Assembly (NCBI GenBank): GCA_951406725.2
Contig: OX597816.1
Coordinates: forward strand, 45,136,001 to 45,200,000
Direction: 5' to 3'
DNA from: Octopus vulgaris
Taxonomy: Eukaryota
Length of the DNA: 64,000 nt
Positions within the stretch are counted from its first letter, which is position 1. Each line of letters starts with the position of its first letter. The position numbers and the translations under genes are program-made. Positions 12,937 to 25,043 of this stretch are shown piece after piece. Under the pieces are notes generated by a model. The model was not told the DNA's origin, did not search any database, and saw only the letters and a list, made by a program, of their open reading frames with translations.

Positions 12937-13190
12937 GAGATAATGGTGTCATTGAGACCCAAAGGTGTCAAGTAATGCTGAATAAGTGCTATAGACAGAC
13001 CATAGTTAAGTTCCAGATTCGGTAATATTGTGAATAAAGGGTTCAACGTTGGTTCTATGTCAGCGTGTATATATAAGAATTTTTTGTGTAATAAGATAAA
13101 AAAAACCAAGGCTGTATAGATATTAGAGCATTTATAGATAGAAGCCTTGGTTTTTTTATCTTATTACGCAAAAAAATTCTTTTATATATA
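12937..13190. mobile_element. Second copy of the 20678 family with a shorter fold-back, inserted in the (TA)n of a SINE
   Basis: 12937-13144 is near-identical to 20678-20884. An inverted copy GCCTTGGTTTTTTTATCTTATTACGCAAAAAAATTC follows. Confidence 0.8.
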
Positions 13191-13981
13191 TATGTGTGTG
13201 TGTGTGAAAGACAATCTGTGTGTGTGTATGTCTTTGTGTCTCTGTTTGTCCCCCACTGCCACTTGACAACCTGTGTTGGTGTGTTTATGTTCCAGTAATT
13301 CATTCAACTGAAAATTCTTCAAGGCAGTGCTCAAGCATGGCCGCAATCTGATAACTGAAACAAGTAAGTGGTAAAAAATATATGTGTGTGTGTGTGTGTG
13401 TGTGTTATTATTCACTTAGGTATAGCGATGTTAATAAGTTGGTGTTAGAACACAACATACTTAGGCTTCAGAACAAAGTGTCAGTCAAGTGGAGAGCAGT
13501 AATAAGAAATTAAAACAACAAAGGAATAAGAAATTATGAAGTTCATGACATAATTTCTTATTATTTCAATTTCTCAAAGATATACACACACACATCTGCA
13601 TGTGTGTGTGTGTGTGTGTGTATTTGGTGTATGGCTGTGTGGTAAGATCTTACTTCCCAACCACATGGTTCTGAGTTCACTTTGGCAAGTGTCTTCTACT
13701 ATAGCCTCAAGCCAACAAAAACCTTGTAGATAGATTTGGTAGATGGAAATTGAAAGAAGCCCATAATATTTATGTGTGTGTGTGTGTTTGAAAAAATGAA
13801 TAGAAAAGGCTCAAAGTGGAAAAATTATCAGAAAAGCCTTTTCTATTCATTTTTTCAAATATATAATACTGTACCAAGGACTTTCTATTTCTTACTCTCT
13901 ATTAAATATATATATATATATATTTGTGGGGTTGAATCTGGAACCATATATATATATATATTTGTGGGGCTGAACTGGGAA

Positions 13982-14024
<43 letters not shown>

Positions 14025-14324
14025 TGTGGGTCTCAGCCTGGAACTATATATATGTATATATACTCACTCACACTTAAAGAGGTTTTTAAAGAAATTGGAC
14101 AACTGTAATTAAAATGGAAAAAGGAAACCAAAACACAAAATAAATATCAGTTTGCAGAATTAGGAGAGCATTGAACAAAATACAATATGGTATTTGCTTA
14201 TACTAGGAAGTCAAATCTTCCATTCAGGCTGACTGTGGCATTCATATTTCTCAAGTCAATAAAATAAGCACCAGAAATGGGGTTGAGGGTTGGTACAATT
14301 GTTAATGCCCTTTAATCCTTTCCA

Positions 14325-14630
14325 TTCGTAGCATCCTTGTGTAGCAGCCATCTAGCATGTTTGATAATTTCTTTATCAGTGTCCATGTTTCACTGCCATA
14401 TGATAGCACCGATTCAACAGCTGTATTGAACTGGATGCATCCAAATTAATATTGTGGAACCTACTCCATGGTAATGTAAGAAGAGGAGAATGTCACGCTT
14501 ACATCAACAACTTGATCACAGATATTGTCCTGGAATGTATCTAGGACCTTGAGGCAATGATGTTGGACTTGGAAGTACAGCAAGTGAACTGTATTTCTGT
14601 GGCCCAGGTTGGAACCTGGCCATAAAAACT
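14325..14630. mobile_element. RTE-like fragment with inverted 5' part
   Basis: 14325-14430 is antisense to about 16013-16110; 14431-14630 is sense to about 16220-16420. Confidence 0.7.
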
Positions 14631-14891
14631 TTTTCTTTTTAATCCTTTGTGATACTAAATTTCCTTTGAAATACACAGCCTTTGTCTCAATCAATTTTGA
14701 AGTTAATAAAAAATTTTGTAAAATAATTTTGTCATTATTAAGCTTTTGTTTAGAACATAAATTAACAAGGTATTTTGATGGTATTTTAATTCAACCCATC
14801 TGTTACCATAATTCTGTTGAAATCATCGCATTTGTTTCATTTAATTTTGAAATTAATGAAGAATGTAGTAAAATAATTTTGTTGTTATTAA

Positions 14892-15111
14892 CCCTTTCAT
14901 TACCAACACGGCTGAAACTGGTTCTGGTTCTGAGTACAAATGTCTTTTTTTCATAAGTTCTGAATTAAAATCTTCCACCAAACCTCAGTCACAGTTTATG
15001 TTCCTAACACTAGCTTAATGATAACTAAGTTATTTTGCAAAATTCTTTGTGATACTTAAAGTAATTGAAAGAAATACAGAGCATTTCAACACATTTACAG
15101 TAACAAAAGGG
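14892..15111. mobile_element. TTAA-flanked MITE (CCCTTT...AAAGGG), second family
   Basis: TTAA|CCCTTTCATTAC...GTAACAAAAGGG|TTAA. Confidence 0.7.
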
Positions 15112-15429
15112 TTAAGCTGGTGTTTGGAACAAAATGTTAACATGTAATTATGTTGGAAGGTTTTAATGTAGATCATTTCAAAGCAGAAAATTTGTATTAC
15201 GGAAGCAGAGGCAGTCCCAGGAAGGTTGGTAATAAAAAGACTGAAGTGCTAATTTAATAGAATCTGAAGTGTCCAAGGAGTGCATCATGTTCCAATTTCT
15301 GTTTTAGCATATATTTGTTTTTTACAGCTGGATTCCCTTCTTAATGCCAACTACTGTATAGCATGGACTGGGTGCTTTTTTTATGAGCCACTTGCACTAG
15401 TCATCGCCTGAAGATATGAAAGGCAGCGT

Positions 15430-16425
15430 GAACCTCAGTGATCCAATCTGAACACACATATCTGATGAAATAGCTCAAGCAAAACAGCTGCTCAACAGAG
15501 TAGAAACATCAGCTGCCAAGGCAAGCTGGCAGAATCGTAAGCATGCTGGGTGAAATGCTTAGTGGTATTTCGTCTACTGTTACGTTCTGAGTTCAAATTC
15601 CGCCGAGGTCGACTTTGCCTTTCATCTTTTTGGGGTCGATAAATTAAGTACCAGCCATGCACTGGAGTCGGTGTAATCGACTTAATCCCTTTGTCTGTCC
15701 TTGTTTGTCCCCTCTATGTTTAGCCCCTTGTAGGCAATAAAGAAATAAGAAACATCAGCTGCCAAAATAGGACTACACACAAATGTCAAGAAAACCCAAG
15801 TACATATCTTTCAACCAATCAAGTGATGCTGAACTGTTTGCTTTGAAGGGTACCAAATTGAATGTTGTTGAAAACTTCAAGTAGTTAGGTTGTTGGGTGA
15901 GTAGTTCAGAAGCCAACATCAAGGTCAGAAGGGCATCAGCATTGACAGCCTGTCACAAACTAAAGAAGATCTGGAACTCCAAATTGCCCAGGCAAATCAA
16001 AATCAAACTATTCATTGCAATTGTCAAATCAGTGCTATTATATGGCAGTGAAACAGATGCTGACAAAGAAATTATCAAGCATGCTGTCACACAAGGATGC
16101 TACAAATAGTGCTAAATGTGAAATAGCAGCAACATATGACAAACGAATGCATTTATGGAGGTCTGCCAAAAGTTAGTGAGAAAATCAGGCTGTGACTATC
16201 TGGTCACTGCACGCACCACTCTGATCTGGAAATTAGCTTTGTGGAACCCATTTCACAGTGATGTAGGGAGAGGAAAACATCATCGCACTTACATTGGCAA
16301 CTTGATCACAGACACTGGCCTGAAATATACCCTGGACCATGAGGCAGTGATACTGGACCAAGAAGTATAGCAGGTGGACTTTGTTGCGGCAACACAGGTT
16401 AGAACCCAACCATAACAATAAAATA
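15430..16425 (+). mobile_element. Degenerate RTE-like LINE 3' fragment interrupted by a SINE
   Basis: IKVRRASALTACHKLKKIWNSKLPRQIKIKLFIAIVKSVLLYGSET, with frameshifts and stops. SINE inserted at 15520-15747. Confidence 0.8.
15520..15747 (+). mobile_element. tRNA-derived SINE (Deu/Nin-core-like, 'family A') with 18-bp TSD
   Basis: GAGTTCAAATTCC B-box and core GGTCGACTTTGCCTTTCATC...GGGGTCGATAAATTAAGTACC. TSD AGAAACATCAGCTGCCAA at 15502-15519 and 15748-15765. Confidence 0.9.
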
Positions 16426-17213
16426 AAATTATTAAGATACCATAAAGTATTTTGGATAATGGTCTGCTAATCCTTTCAAAACATCAAACAGTAAAAGCCA
16501 AAAGTAAACATTGAAAAATTAATTTAAACAAGCAGTCATTAATAGTATTAATACATTCAAGCTTTTGTGTGAAACAGCTTTTATTTATTTTTAATCTCTG
16601 TGTTCATGAACTTGTCTGTTTGTCTTCATCATTTTCTTTGAGAGAAAGACTGAAGGAATGGAGATATCTGAGTGTTTTGTTTCCTCTGAATCAGTTTTTG
16701 CGTGCTATTATACATATCCATATATATACTTATGTATATATGTGCACACAAACATACGCATACATATGAAATATATATATATATACATATATATATATGC
16801 ACATGTGTATCTATATATCATAATTAACATGGTACTTTCTTTCTTTCTTTTTCACCTTCTTATAATTCTTTTGTGAGAAAAAAACTATGTTCAAGAATTG
16901 GTGATGTCTGAGAATGAAACTTTACTTTTAACATCTGTTTTGAGAGACCAATGCAATTAATTAGTAATTATGAAGAAGTGAAGACAATATACACTAGCAT
17001 ACACATGCACACACAGCCAAGTATTTAAATGTTCATACACACACAATGCACAAGGAACACATATACATGCACTCCTAAACTTTAATAATTTGACAGTAAA
17101 ATAACAAACCAGTGTGTGAGTGGTGTATCAAAAACTATAAATACACATGAACCTAATTGATTAGAAAGTTAATTAGCCTAAATGAGATACAGTTTCTCTT
17201 TATGCTGGGAATA

Positions 17214-17430
17214 CAAGGGGTTGCTGAAAAGTTCCTGGCTTTAAGGGTACTGTGGAAGGCCTGGTTGGAGGCCCAACTTCCCAAGTTCTTTTACAGGACT
17301 TAAGAAAAAATGAAGGACTGCTGCAATAAGTGTGTGTGAATCTCAGAAGAGAATATGTTGAATAATCATAATTAACTGACCCTCCTGTATTTTCTTTTAC
17401 CCAGAACCAAGAACTTTCCATACTACCACG
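17214..17430 (+). mobile_element. Mariner-derived MITE (about 220 bp), TA target
   Basis: TIR-like ends ...GCTGAAAAGTTCCTGG / CCAAGAACTTTCCA...CG, flanked by TA. Homologous to 19277-19504 and 62056-62270. Confidence 0.8.
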
Positions 17431-17549
17431 TATATATATATATATTGATAAAAATGGTAAGATAACAAAAGAATGAAAGAGACCTCGATATTATGTAAAT
17501 AGAGGAATTTATCTGTAAATGTAATATGTGACAATTATTCGGTAGCCAT

Positions 17550-17610
17550 GATAAAACTCTGAGTTTCGGATGCCAAGGTGGAAATCCACGCCACCATCTC
17601 TTCAGTTATC
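17550..17610 (-). ncRNA. Type I hammerhead ribozyme motif with intact catalytic core
   Basis: GAUAA-CUGAAGA-GAUG...CAUC-C-GAAA-CUCAGAG-UU-UUAUC. Stem I is 5 bp, core is CUGANGA plus GAAA, stem III is short and quasi-palindromic, cleavage triplet GUU. Confidence 0.72.
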
Positions 17611-17816
17611 TGGGCCAGATAACTGAAGATATATATATCTTTCTGTGAGTGTTAGAGGTTGGGAAGCCCACCAACTAAAGGATAGTACCTATCCAATATA
17701 CTGCTGGTAGAGTACCCAAACTATTCATACCCAAATGTTGGTTATTGCATGGCAATCTTGCAATTGAGAGTCATATATGGGTGAGGGTAAAAAGTGGTTT
17801 GCCCTTAATTTATATG

Positions 17817-18900
17817 GCAAATAAAAGAAAAGGGAGAGAATACAAAATGACATACATCAGCTGGTAGACATTCCAGTGTGTCTATTTATTCCAAAGCATT
17901 AAAAAGTATTAGAAAAGTACATACACATGTATTAACTATGTGTTACACACATGTATTAATTAATATTACAGGAAAGAGAGTATAATGATGATAATAATGA
18001 AATTATTGTATACAGTGCTCAGGTGCACCACAACTTGTCAGAAAGTGCGTATAAAGTCTGGAAAGCAAGCAATGTATGAGTCAGATACATGCTTGTTTGT
18101 GTATGGAGGGGAGAAAATCAGGTGTAGTGTTGGTGAATCTCAGAAAGCACGGAAGTTTTGAAGGATGCAGTGCTCCGACAACTAACAACTGATGCCAGTA
18201 GTTTGTTCCATGCTTCAGCAACTCTTATTGTGAAAAAATGTTTCCGAAAGTCATGGGAGCTGTGCTGTTTTCTGATTTTGTAAATATGTCCACGGGTGTT
18301 AGATGGGTGGAGTTTGAAAAGGTGCTCAGAGTTATTGTTTGTAAGATGGTTAATAATTTTATGGATGTCTGCCAAGTCAGCTGCCAGACGTCGGAGTTTC
18401 AATGTGTCCATGCCCAGGGAAGTAAGGCGCTCAGAATATGGCAAATGCCTGATGGAGGGTATTCTTTTGGCTGCACATCGCTGAACGGCTTCTAGATGAT
18501 TAATATCCTGGGCAAGATAGGGGTTTCAGACCGGTGATGCAAATTCCAGGTGAGGCTATATAAAGCTGCAGATAGATAGCCGGAGAGCGGCTCACAAAGG
18601 TCAATTCCTTATGCCTGTTTCTGCCAAGAGGTAACAAAATCCCCCATGCTATCTCTATCTCTTCGGTGTTCTGTAGGGATGGGCAGATAAAGTTTGGATG
18701 ATGAGTGTGCCTCTAGGCTTCTTCACGGGGTCTAAATGGTTATGAGGGCTAATACATATAATAAACAGGAAACAATAGGTACAATGCATTTTAATAATGA
18801 CTCTTCTAATACTTTCTAATACTTTTGAATAAATAGACACGCTGGAATGTCTACCAGCTGATGTATGTCATTTTGTATCCTCCCCATTTTCTCTTATTTG

Positions 18901-18902
<2 letters not shown>
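17817..18902. repeat. About 98-bp inverted repeats (17817-17914 / 18803-18902) enclosing a CR1 fragment
   Basis: TACAAAATGACATACATCAGCTGGTAGACATTCCAG and its reverse complement; (TA)n on the outer sides. Confidence 0.9.
17981..18602 (-). mobile_element. Older CR1-clade LINE 3' fragment (different family from 4782-6819)
   Basis: PYSERLTSLGMDTLKLRRLAADL...TRGHIYKI...FFTIRVAEAWNKL is the CR1 C-terminus, followed by a 3'UTR and an (ATT/ATC) tail. Confidence 0.85.
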
Positions 18903-18932
<30 letters not shown>

Positions 18933-18935
<3 letters not shown>

Positions 18936-19232
18936 GTCATCAGAGAGAAGTCCAGCGTGAGAGATGTCATCATGGAATATACACGCAGCAAGTTTAGATG
19001 GGCTGGACACGTCGCCCGGCTCACAGATAATCGGTGGACCCATGCAGTTGTCGAGTGGTATCCGCACGAGCAGAAACAACCACTTGAAAGGCCTCTATGA
19101 CAGTGGAGTTATATTTTCAGGAGGGCAATCGGGATCACGTGGATGAGGAAGGCATGATCCAGAGAGGAGTGGACAGCGTGCTGTGACCAGCGGTGTCAAA
19201 TGGACGCCTGACGGACAGGTTGGTCAAGATGA
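18933..19232 (+). mobile_element. RTE-clade LINE 3' fragment
   Basis: KFRWAGHVARLTDNRWT...EWYP...RP motif, broken by a stop; embedded in (TA)n. Confidence 0.85.
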
Positions 19233-19276
19233 TATATATATATATACACACACACACACAAACACACTCACATACA

Positions 19277-19504
19277 TGACAGGGTGCTGAAAAGTTCCTG
19301 ACTTTAGGGGTATCACAAAAGGCCTGGTTGGAGACGACCCAACCTCCCAAGTTCTTTTACAGGGCTTAGAAAAACTGAAAAACCACTGCAATACGTGTGT
19401 GAATCTGAGAAGGGAATATGTTGAATAAAATCATAATTAACAATTAATTGATCCTCCTCTTTTTTTCTTTTATCCAAGGCCAGGAATTTTTCAGGACCCC
19501 TTCG
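19277..19504 (+). mobile_element. Mariner-derived MITE, same family
   Basis: GGGTGCTGAAAAGTTCCTG...CCAGGAATTTTTCAGGACCCC ends. Confidence 0.8.
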
Positions 19505-20399
19505 TATGTACTGTGGTTGCCACCTTCCTAGTGTAACAGCTGCAGGGGAAGTACTTAGGAATAAGCTGCAGCAGTAGCAAACCTACAGAGTGTGCTACCT
19601 GGTGCATGTGGCTCAGTGGTTAGGGTGTCCAGCTCATGATTGTAAGGCCATGTGTTCGATTCCTGGCAACACATTGTGTCCTTGAGCAAGACACTTTATT
19701 TCACATTGCTCCCATTCACTCAGCTAGCAAAAAAGAGTGGTACTTGTAATTTAAAGGCCAAACCTTGTCACATTCTGTGTCATGCTGAATCTCCTTGAGA
19801 ACTGCATTAAGGGTGCATGTGTCTGTGGAGCATTCAGCCACTTGCACGGTAATTTCAGGAACAGGCTGAAAGTTAGCAGCATAAAGTCAACATGTCTAGT
19901 GCTGGTATTATGATAAAATGTTCCCAGTACATTCTGCAAAATTGCTAGCATTACAAAGAGTAACTAACCATTGAAACTGTGCCAAAACAAAATGTATAAG
20001 TGGAACCTGGTTCTCTGATGTTGCTCTCATATATATACATCATGCGATGGACCAGACAATCAGATGGTATTGTATGCACATCACAATATGGTTTGCATTG
20101 TTTTAGCTTTTGACTGATGCCACCCACCTGGTTAGGCAAGCAAACCAACGTTTCCTTGATTGGAAGGTTAGTCCATAGCATTGTCACCCATTTGCAGCTG
20201 AGTGGACTGGGGCAATGGAAAATGAAGTGTTTTGCTCAAAAACACAATACGCTGCTCAGTCTGTGAATCGAACCAACAATCTAGTGATTGTGAGTGCAAC
20301 ACCTCTGGGCCACATGCCTTTCCAAGTTTTACATGTGTGTGTTTGTTTCAGTCATTAGACTGTAGGCATGCTGGAACACGACCTTGAGTATATATTTTT

Positions 20400-20600
20400 T
20401 ATTGTGTATCAAGGCTACCACTGGATTCATGTTAAGAAAAATATTTTAATATCTTAAGTTGATCACATGGAGGAATGGTGTTAGTCTCCATTTAGGTGTT
20501 GTCATCCATTCCTCCACCAAATGTGATTGGTTTGAAAAATTGTTGAGATATTAAGATGTTTTTCTTAACATGGAACCAATGGTAGTCTTAATACACAAAT
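20400..20600. repeat. Diverged palindrome, similar architecture to 35921-36124
   Basis: TTGTGTATCAAGGCTACCACTGG..CATGTTAAGAAAAATAT / ATGTTTTTCTTAACATGG..CCAATGGTAGTCTTAATACACAA. Confidence 0.75.
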
Positions 20601-20677
20601 AAAAAAAATTCTATCCACCAATGCAGTGTTGAGCATTTATTCTTGTCATTCAACATTTATGCATATATATATATATA

Positions 20678-21370
20678 AGAGATAACGGTGTCATTGACTC
20701 CCAAAGGTGTCAGGTAATGCTGAATAAGTGCTATAGACAGACCATAGTTAAGTTCCAGATTCGGTAATATTGCGAATAAAGGGTTCAATATTGGTTCTAT
20801 GTCAGCGTGTGTATATAAGAATTTTTTGCGTAATAAGATAAAAAACCAAGGCTGTATAGATATTAGAGCATTTATAGATAGAAGGTCTTACAGCTGTTTC
20901 TAGGATATCAATTAATAATATCCCTTCATTGGAGACGGTGTGAGAGGAAAAATTAAGTCATAGTTAGTTTCGATGCAATACAAATTTCTCCACCTCACTC
21001 TCTATTTGTATTGCATTGAAACTAACTATGACTTAATTTTTCCTCTCACACCGTCTCCAATGAAGGGATATTATTAATTAATATCCTAGAAACAGCTGTA
21101 AGACCTTCTATCTATAAATGTTCTAATATCTATACAGCCTTGGTTTTTTATCTTATTACGCAAAAAATTCTTATATATACAAATATTATTACCTCCCCTT
21201 ATCTGGAACTCTTCTTCACACTTCTCAACGTAAACATAACGATGTAAGAAATTTGAAAAGCTGAACGCGAAACCGGTCATTTCTTCAAAAACTATGTCAT
21301 TGTATGAAAACAGTTTATAACATTCTTCAGACATAATGACTCAAATATATATTTTTTAACCTTTTAAAAC
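20678..21370. mobile_element. Penelope-like (pLTR) element: about 175-bp-arm palindrome carrying hammerhead motifs, in (TA)n
   Basis: Arms 20811-20985 and 21004-21178 with about 3 mismatches and an 18-nt loop. Hammerhead-like motif in each arm. Shares its left 200 bp with 12937-13190. Confidence 0.7.
21053..21104 (+). ncRNA. Degenerate type I hammerhead motif (core CCAAUGA); mirror copy on minus strand at 20885-20936
   Basis: GUCU-CCAAUGA-A-GGGAUAUUA(uuaau)UAAUAUCCU-A-GAAA-CAGCUG-UA-AGAC. Palindromic stem III, GUA triplet. Confidence 0.6.
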
Positions 21371-21446
21371 AAGCCTTCTGTAGTTTTTTCACTTTTTACT
21401 ATTTTCTATATATTCAACCACATGCTTTCACACACCAACTTTCTCA

Positions 21447-21489
<43 letters not shown>

Positions 21490-21594
21490 TATAAAGATCT
21501 CAAATATAAACATGCCACACAATGATAATAAAAGAAGATATAGAAAATTATCCTACATCTTTTGAGCCATGGAGAATACAAGTAAAGGACTTAC

Positions 21595-21753
21595 TGATTC
21601 GTATTCGGGATTTATTGACTTGTTCTCCAAGAGATTTCGCTTTTGAATATTGCTCCTTCAGCTCTGCCTTCTTCATCTTGATTGTGTTGTTGTCTTTGTA
21701 ATCTTGGCAGAAAATATCAAAGGCTTCCTGTCTACCCAAAGACATTGGTCCCA
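21595..21753 (-). CDS. KIF6: KIF6 coding exon, 159 nt, phase 1-1
   Basis: Polypyrimidine tract and ctcacag| acceptor, A|gtaagt donor. Translates GPMSLGRQEAFDIFCQDYKDNNTIKMKKAELKEQYSKAKSLGEQVNKSRIRI, which aligns with vertebrate KIF6 MSLGxQEAFEIFKRDH...LKQRFSEAKALGESINEARSKI. Confidence 0.93.
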
Positions 21754-22319
21754 CTGTGAGGGCAAACAGAATGGGGAAAAAAAAGAAAAAAAATAAGACA
21801 GAAATATGACACTGAGAAAAATCTATTTCAAAACACTTTTTTATATTTTGCATATATTTTTACATTTTTTAAATTTATTTTTACATATATTTTACATTTA
21901 TTTTTACATATATTTTACATTTATTTTTATATATTTTACATTTTTTCCTGTGTCTTTACATAAATTTTCCAATGCTTTTTGCATTTATTTTTCCATTAGC
22001 AGGACATATTCTTTTACTCTTTTACTTGATTCAGTCATGGGCTGCTGCCATGCTGGAGCAATATGCACAAAACTTGCAGATGTATAAACTGTATTTATAA
22101 TTATTGATACATTATTATGAGTTAGCTAATTGAACAGAGCTATGATGAAAGACACTTCAACCACGACATTCCTTCTAAGAATTTTTAGCACTACTTTATC
22201 CAAAGTCCCATTTCTCTTTCCTTTTTTAGATGAAGGAATGAGATTTGAGAAAGATTTGACTGCTAATTCTAACAGACTGAACAGCCATACAGAGGCTTTT
22301 TTGTAGACTCATAAAAAAA

Positions 22320-22575
22320 AAATAAATGCACCCTTTTAAAGCCTAGCCAGGCTCATGGGCCCGGTTTCCCAGTTTCTATGGTGTATGTGTTCCCCAGCTG
22401 GATGGGACGCCAATCCATTGCAGCATTACTCATTTTTGCCAACTGAGTGGACTGGAGCAACGTGAAATGAAGCATTTTACTCAAGAACACAACGCATCGC
22501 CCGGTCCAGGAATCGAAACCACAATCTTACCATCATGATGCTGACACCCTAACCACTAAACCACGCACCTCCACT
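22320..22575 (-). mobile_element. tRNA-derived SINE ('family D')
   Basis: Minus strand GTGGTTTAGTGGTTAGGGTG...TTCGATTCCTGG...TTCTTGAG. Near-identical copy at 46262-46518. Confidence 0.85.
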
Positions 22576-23389
22576 TATAGACTCATAATTATTATTTCAT
22601 TCTTTATTGCCCACAAGGGGCTACACATAGAGGGGACAGACAAAGGGACTAAGTCGATTACATCGACCCCAGTGCATAACTGGTACTTATTTAATCAACC
22701 CCGAAAGGATGAAAGGCAAAGTCAACCTCGGCAGAATTTGAGCTCAGAACATAGCGGCAGACGAAATACCATTAAGCATTTCACCCGGCACACTAACATT
22801 TCTGCCATAATTATTATTGCCATACATTTTAGTATTGGATATTTTACTTTATGTTAAGAATTACTGTTGAACTTGTTTGTCAGGCAGGCAGACTGAGGCA
22901 AGCAGAGTTATGTATCTTACTGACAGAATAGCTCTAACACCACCACAGCTTATTGTAATCTATCTCCCTGCTCCTTTTACTTTCTTCTCTTTTTTTTTTA
23001 TTAGATGTCACTTTCAAGAAGGTAGTAAACAGCCAGAGATAAAACAAGCTTCAAACAACTGATTAGCTTGATGGGAGTTAAAACCCCACAAAAAAATCTG
23101 ATGAGAAACTGCTCTAAGAAAAAGAAACGTTCAATACGAGATTTAAAAGAATTCAGATTGTATCTGTTAAAGGAAATAAGGAGAACGAAGAGAGTTCCAT
23201 AAGACAGGTATCCAAGGAAAGAACCTACATAAGTGGAAACACTTCTTACAAGAGAGAACAATGACAATGAAAGTATGAGAATTAACCGTTTTGATTAGAA
23301 CTCCTCCTGAGACTGCTTATGGTTCTAAGGTTACAAGTTTTATGCTTTAAATGGTCTATATTGAAATATTCCATCAAAATTTCATGTTT

Positions 23390-23597
23390 ACTCTTTTACT
23401 CTTTTACTTGTTTGTCATTTGACTGCAGCCATGCTGGAGCATTGCCTTTAGTCGAGCAATTCGACCCCAGGACTTATTCTTTGTAAGCCTAGTACTTATT
23501 CTATCAGTGTCTTTTGCCGAACTGCTATGTTATGGGGACGTAAACACACCAGCATCGGTTGTCAAGTGATGTTGGGGAGACAAACACAGATACACAA

Positions 23598-23644
<47 letters not shown>

Positions 23645-23815
23645 TACGACGGGCTTCTTTTCAGTTTCCATTTACCAAATCCACTCGCAAGGCTTTGGTC
23701 AGCTCGAGGCTATAGTAGAAGACACTTGCCTAAGGTGCCACGCAGTGGGACTGAACCCGGAACCATGTGGTTGGTAAGCAAGCTACTTACCACACAGCCA
23801 CTACTACGCCTATAT
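23390..23815 (-). mobile_element. Family B SINE, full length
   Basis: Same family; other copies at 11540-11812, 55289-55699 and 58043-58455. Confidence 0.9.
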
Positions 23816-25043
23816 TTAATGTTTCAAACACCAGGTAAATAATGTTGCCATTATTTTACTAAATTCTTCATTATTTTTAAAATTGAAATAAAAGCAATGT
23901 ATTTCAACAGAAATATGGTATGGAAATGATTAAAAAAGATGAATCATTCAGCTAGTAACCTGAACAAGAAACACAAGATAAAGAAATTCTGGAATGAAAC
24001 GATTTGGTTGAGCTGCTTGGATTTTGCTGATTTGGCAGAGTTGACTGGACATTCAGCTTGTTTTGGCAACAATACATTTTGGCATTGAAAACAAGCACAT
24101 ACATATACATGCACATGCTTAGAAATATACACATACAAATGGATAGACAGACAGACAGATAGATAGATAGTGAGAGAGAGAGAGAGAGAGAGAGGAGAGA
24201 GGGAGAGACATTACAATTGATTAATTGAACATAACTGACAAACATTTTCTCTCTGCTCACATGCAGTAATGCCAAAACAGCTGTGCCAAAACATCTCATG
24301 TCCAGAAGTTCAGTATATCAACAACCATGGAAATATTTATAGAATAAAGAAGTTATATTTTAGTGATGAGCACCAGAAGAAAAGGACCAAATTCTTATAA
24401 TGACACAAACCAACCAAAACTGGAAATATTCTTGTATATATTGAAATATTCAATTTTAAATTAATTATTTTTATTTGGAAAAATCAATACATTTCACTTT
24501 TACCATTTCAATTTGTGTTTTTTTTTTCTTTTCTTTTTTCTTTTGGTTTTATTTCTTATACATCAAGAATGTTCTTGAAGGCAAGTAAGAATATTTACTC
24601 TGTGAATGCTTCACTAATTTCAAATACTTTAATGTTTCTGTACAGCCATTTGATAACCTTTTGCTTTTAAATTTATTTTTCTTTCCTTCTTTCTTAATTA
24701 ATTATATACAATACTAAAATATGTACATCACTGTAAGCTATCATATCTTTGACAATAAAATATCTGCCTTCCTACCTATCTATCTATCTATCTTTCTATC
24801 TATTGGACATTCACTTAGTCACAGACTACTTAAAGTACATCTGATTATATGAACACTACTTTACACTACACTGTATTTAGTATATTACAGCGGAACAAAT
24901 ATTACAGTATCTTAAGGCTGTCATATCAATGCATTTTATCTATCTCTAATCCATTAAACTGTTTTCAACAGCTACAACAACAACAGAGACAGCAGTACCA
25001 GCTGTAGAATCAACTTCATCAGAGCAGTGCACCTTTAGTCGTT

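Larger units (their letters stand above)
3737..21594 (-). other. KIF6: KIF6 GT-AG intron, about 17.9 kb
   Basis: gtaagt donor at 21594, ttctcag acceptor at 3737, phase 1 on both sides. Confidence 0.85.

Noticed and set aside
16590-16650. Possible alternative terminal KIF6 exon after ccttcag
   Set aside because: No similarity to KIF6, the genuine downstream exons are found at 3736 and 145, and nearby AATAAA is uninformative in AT-rich DNA.
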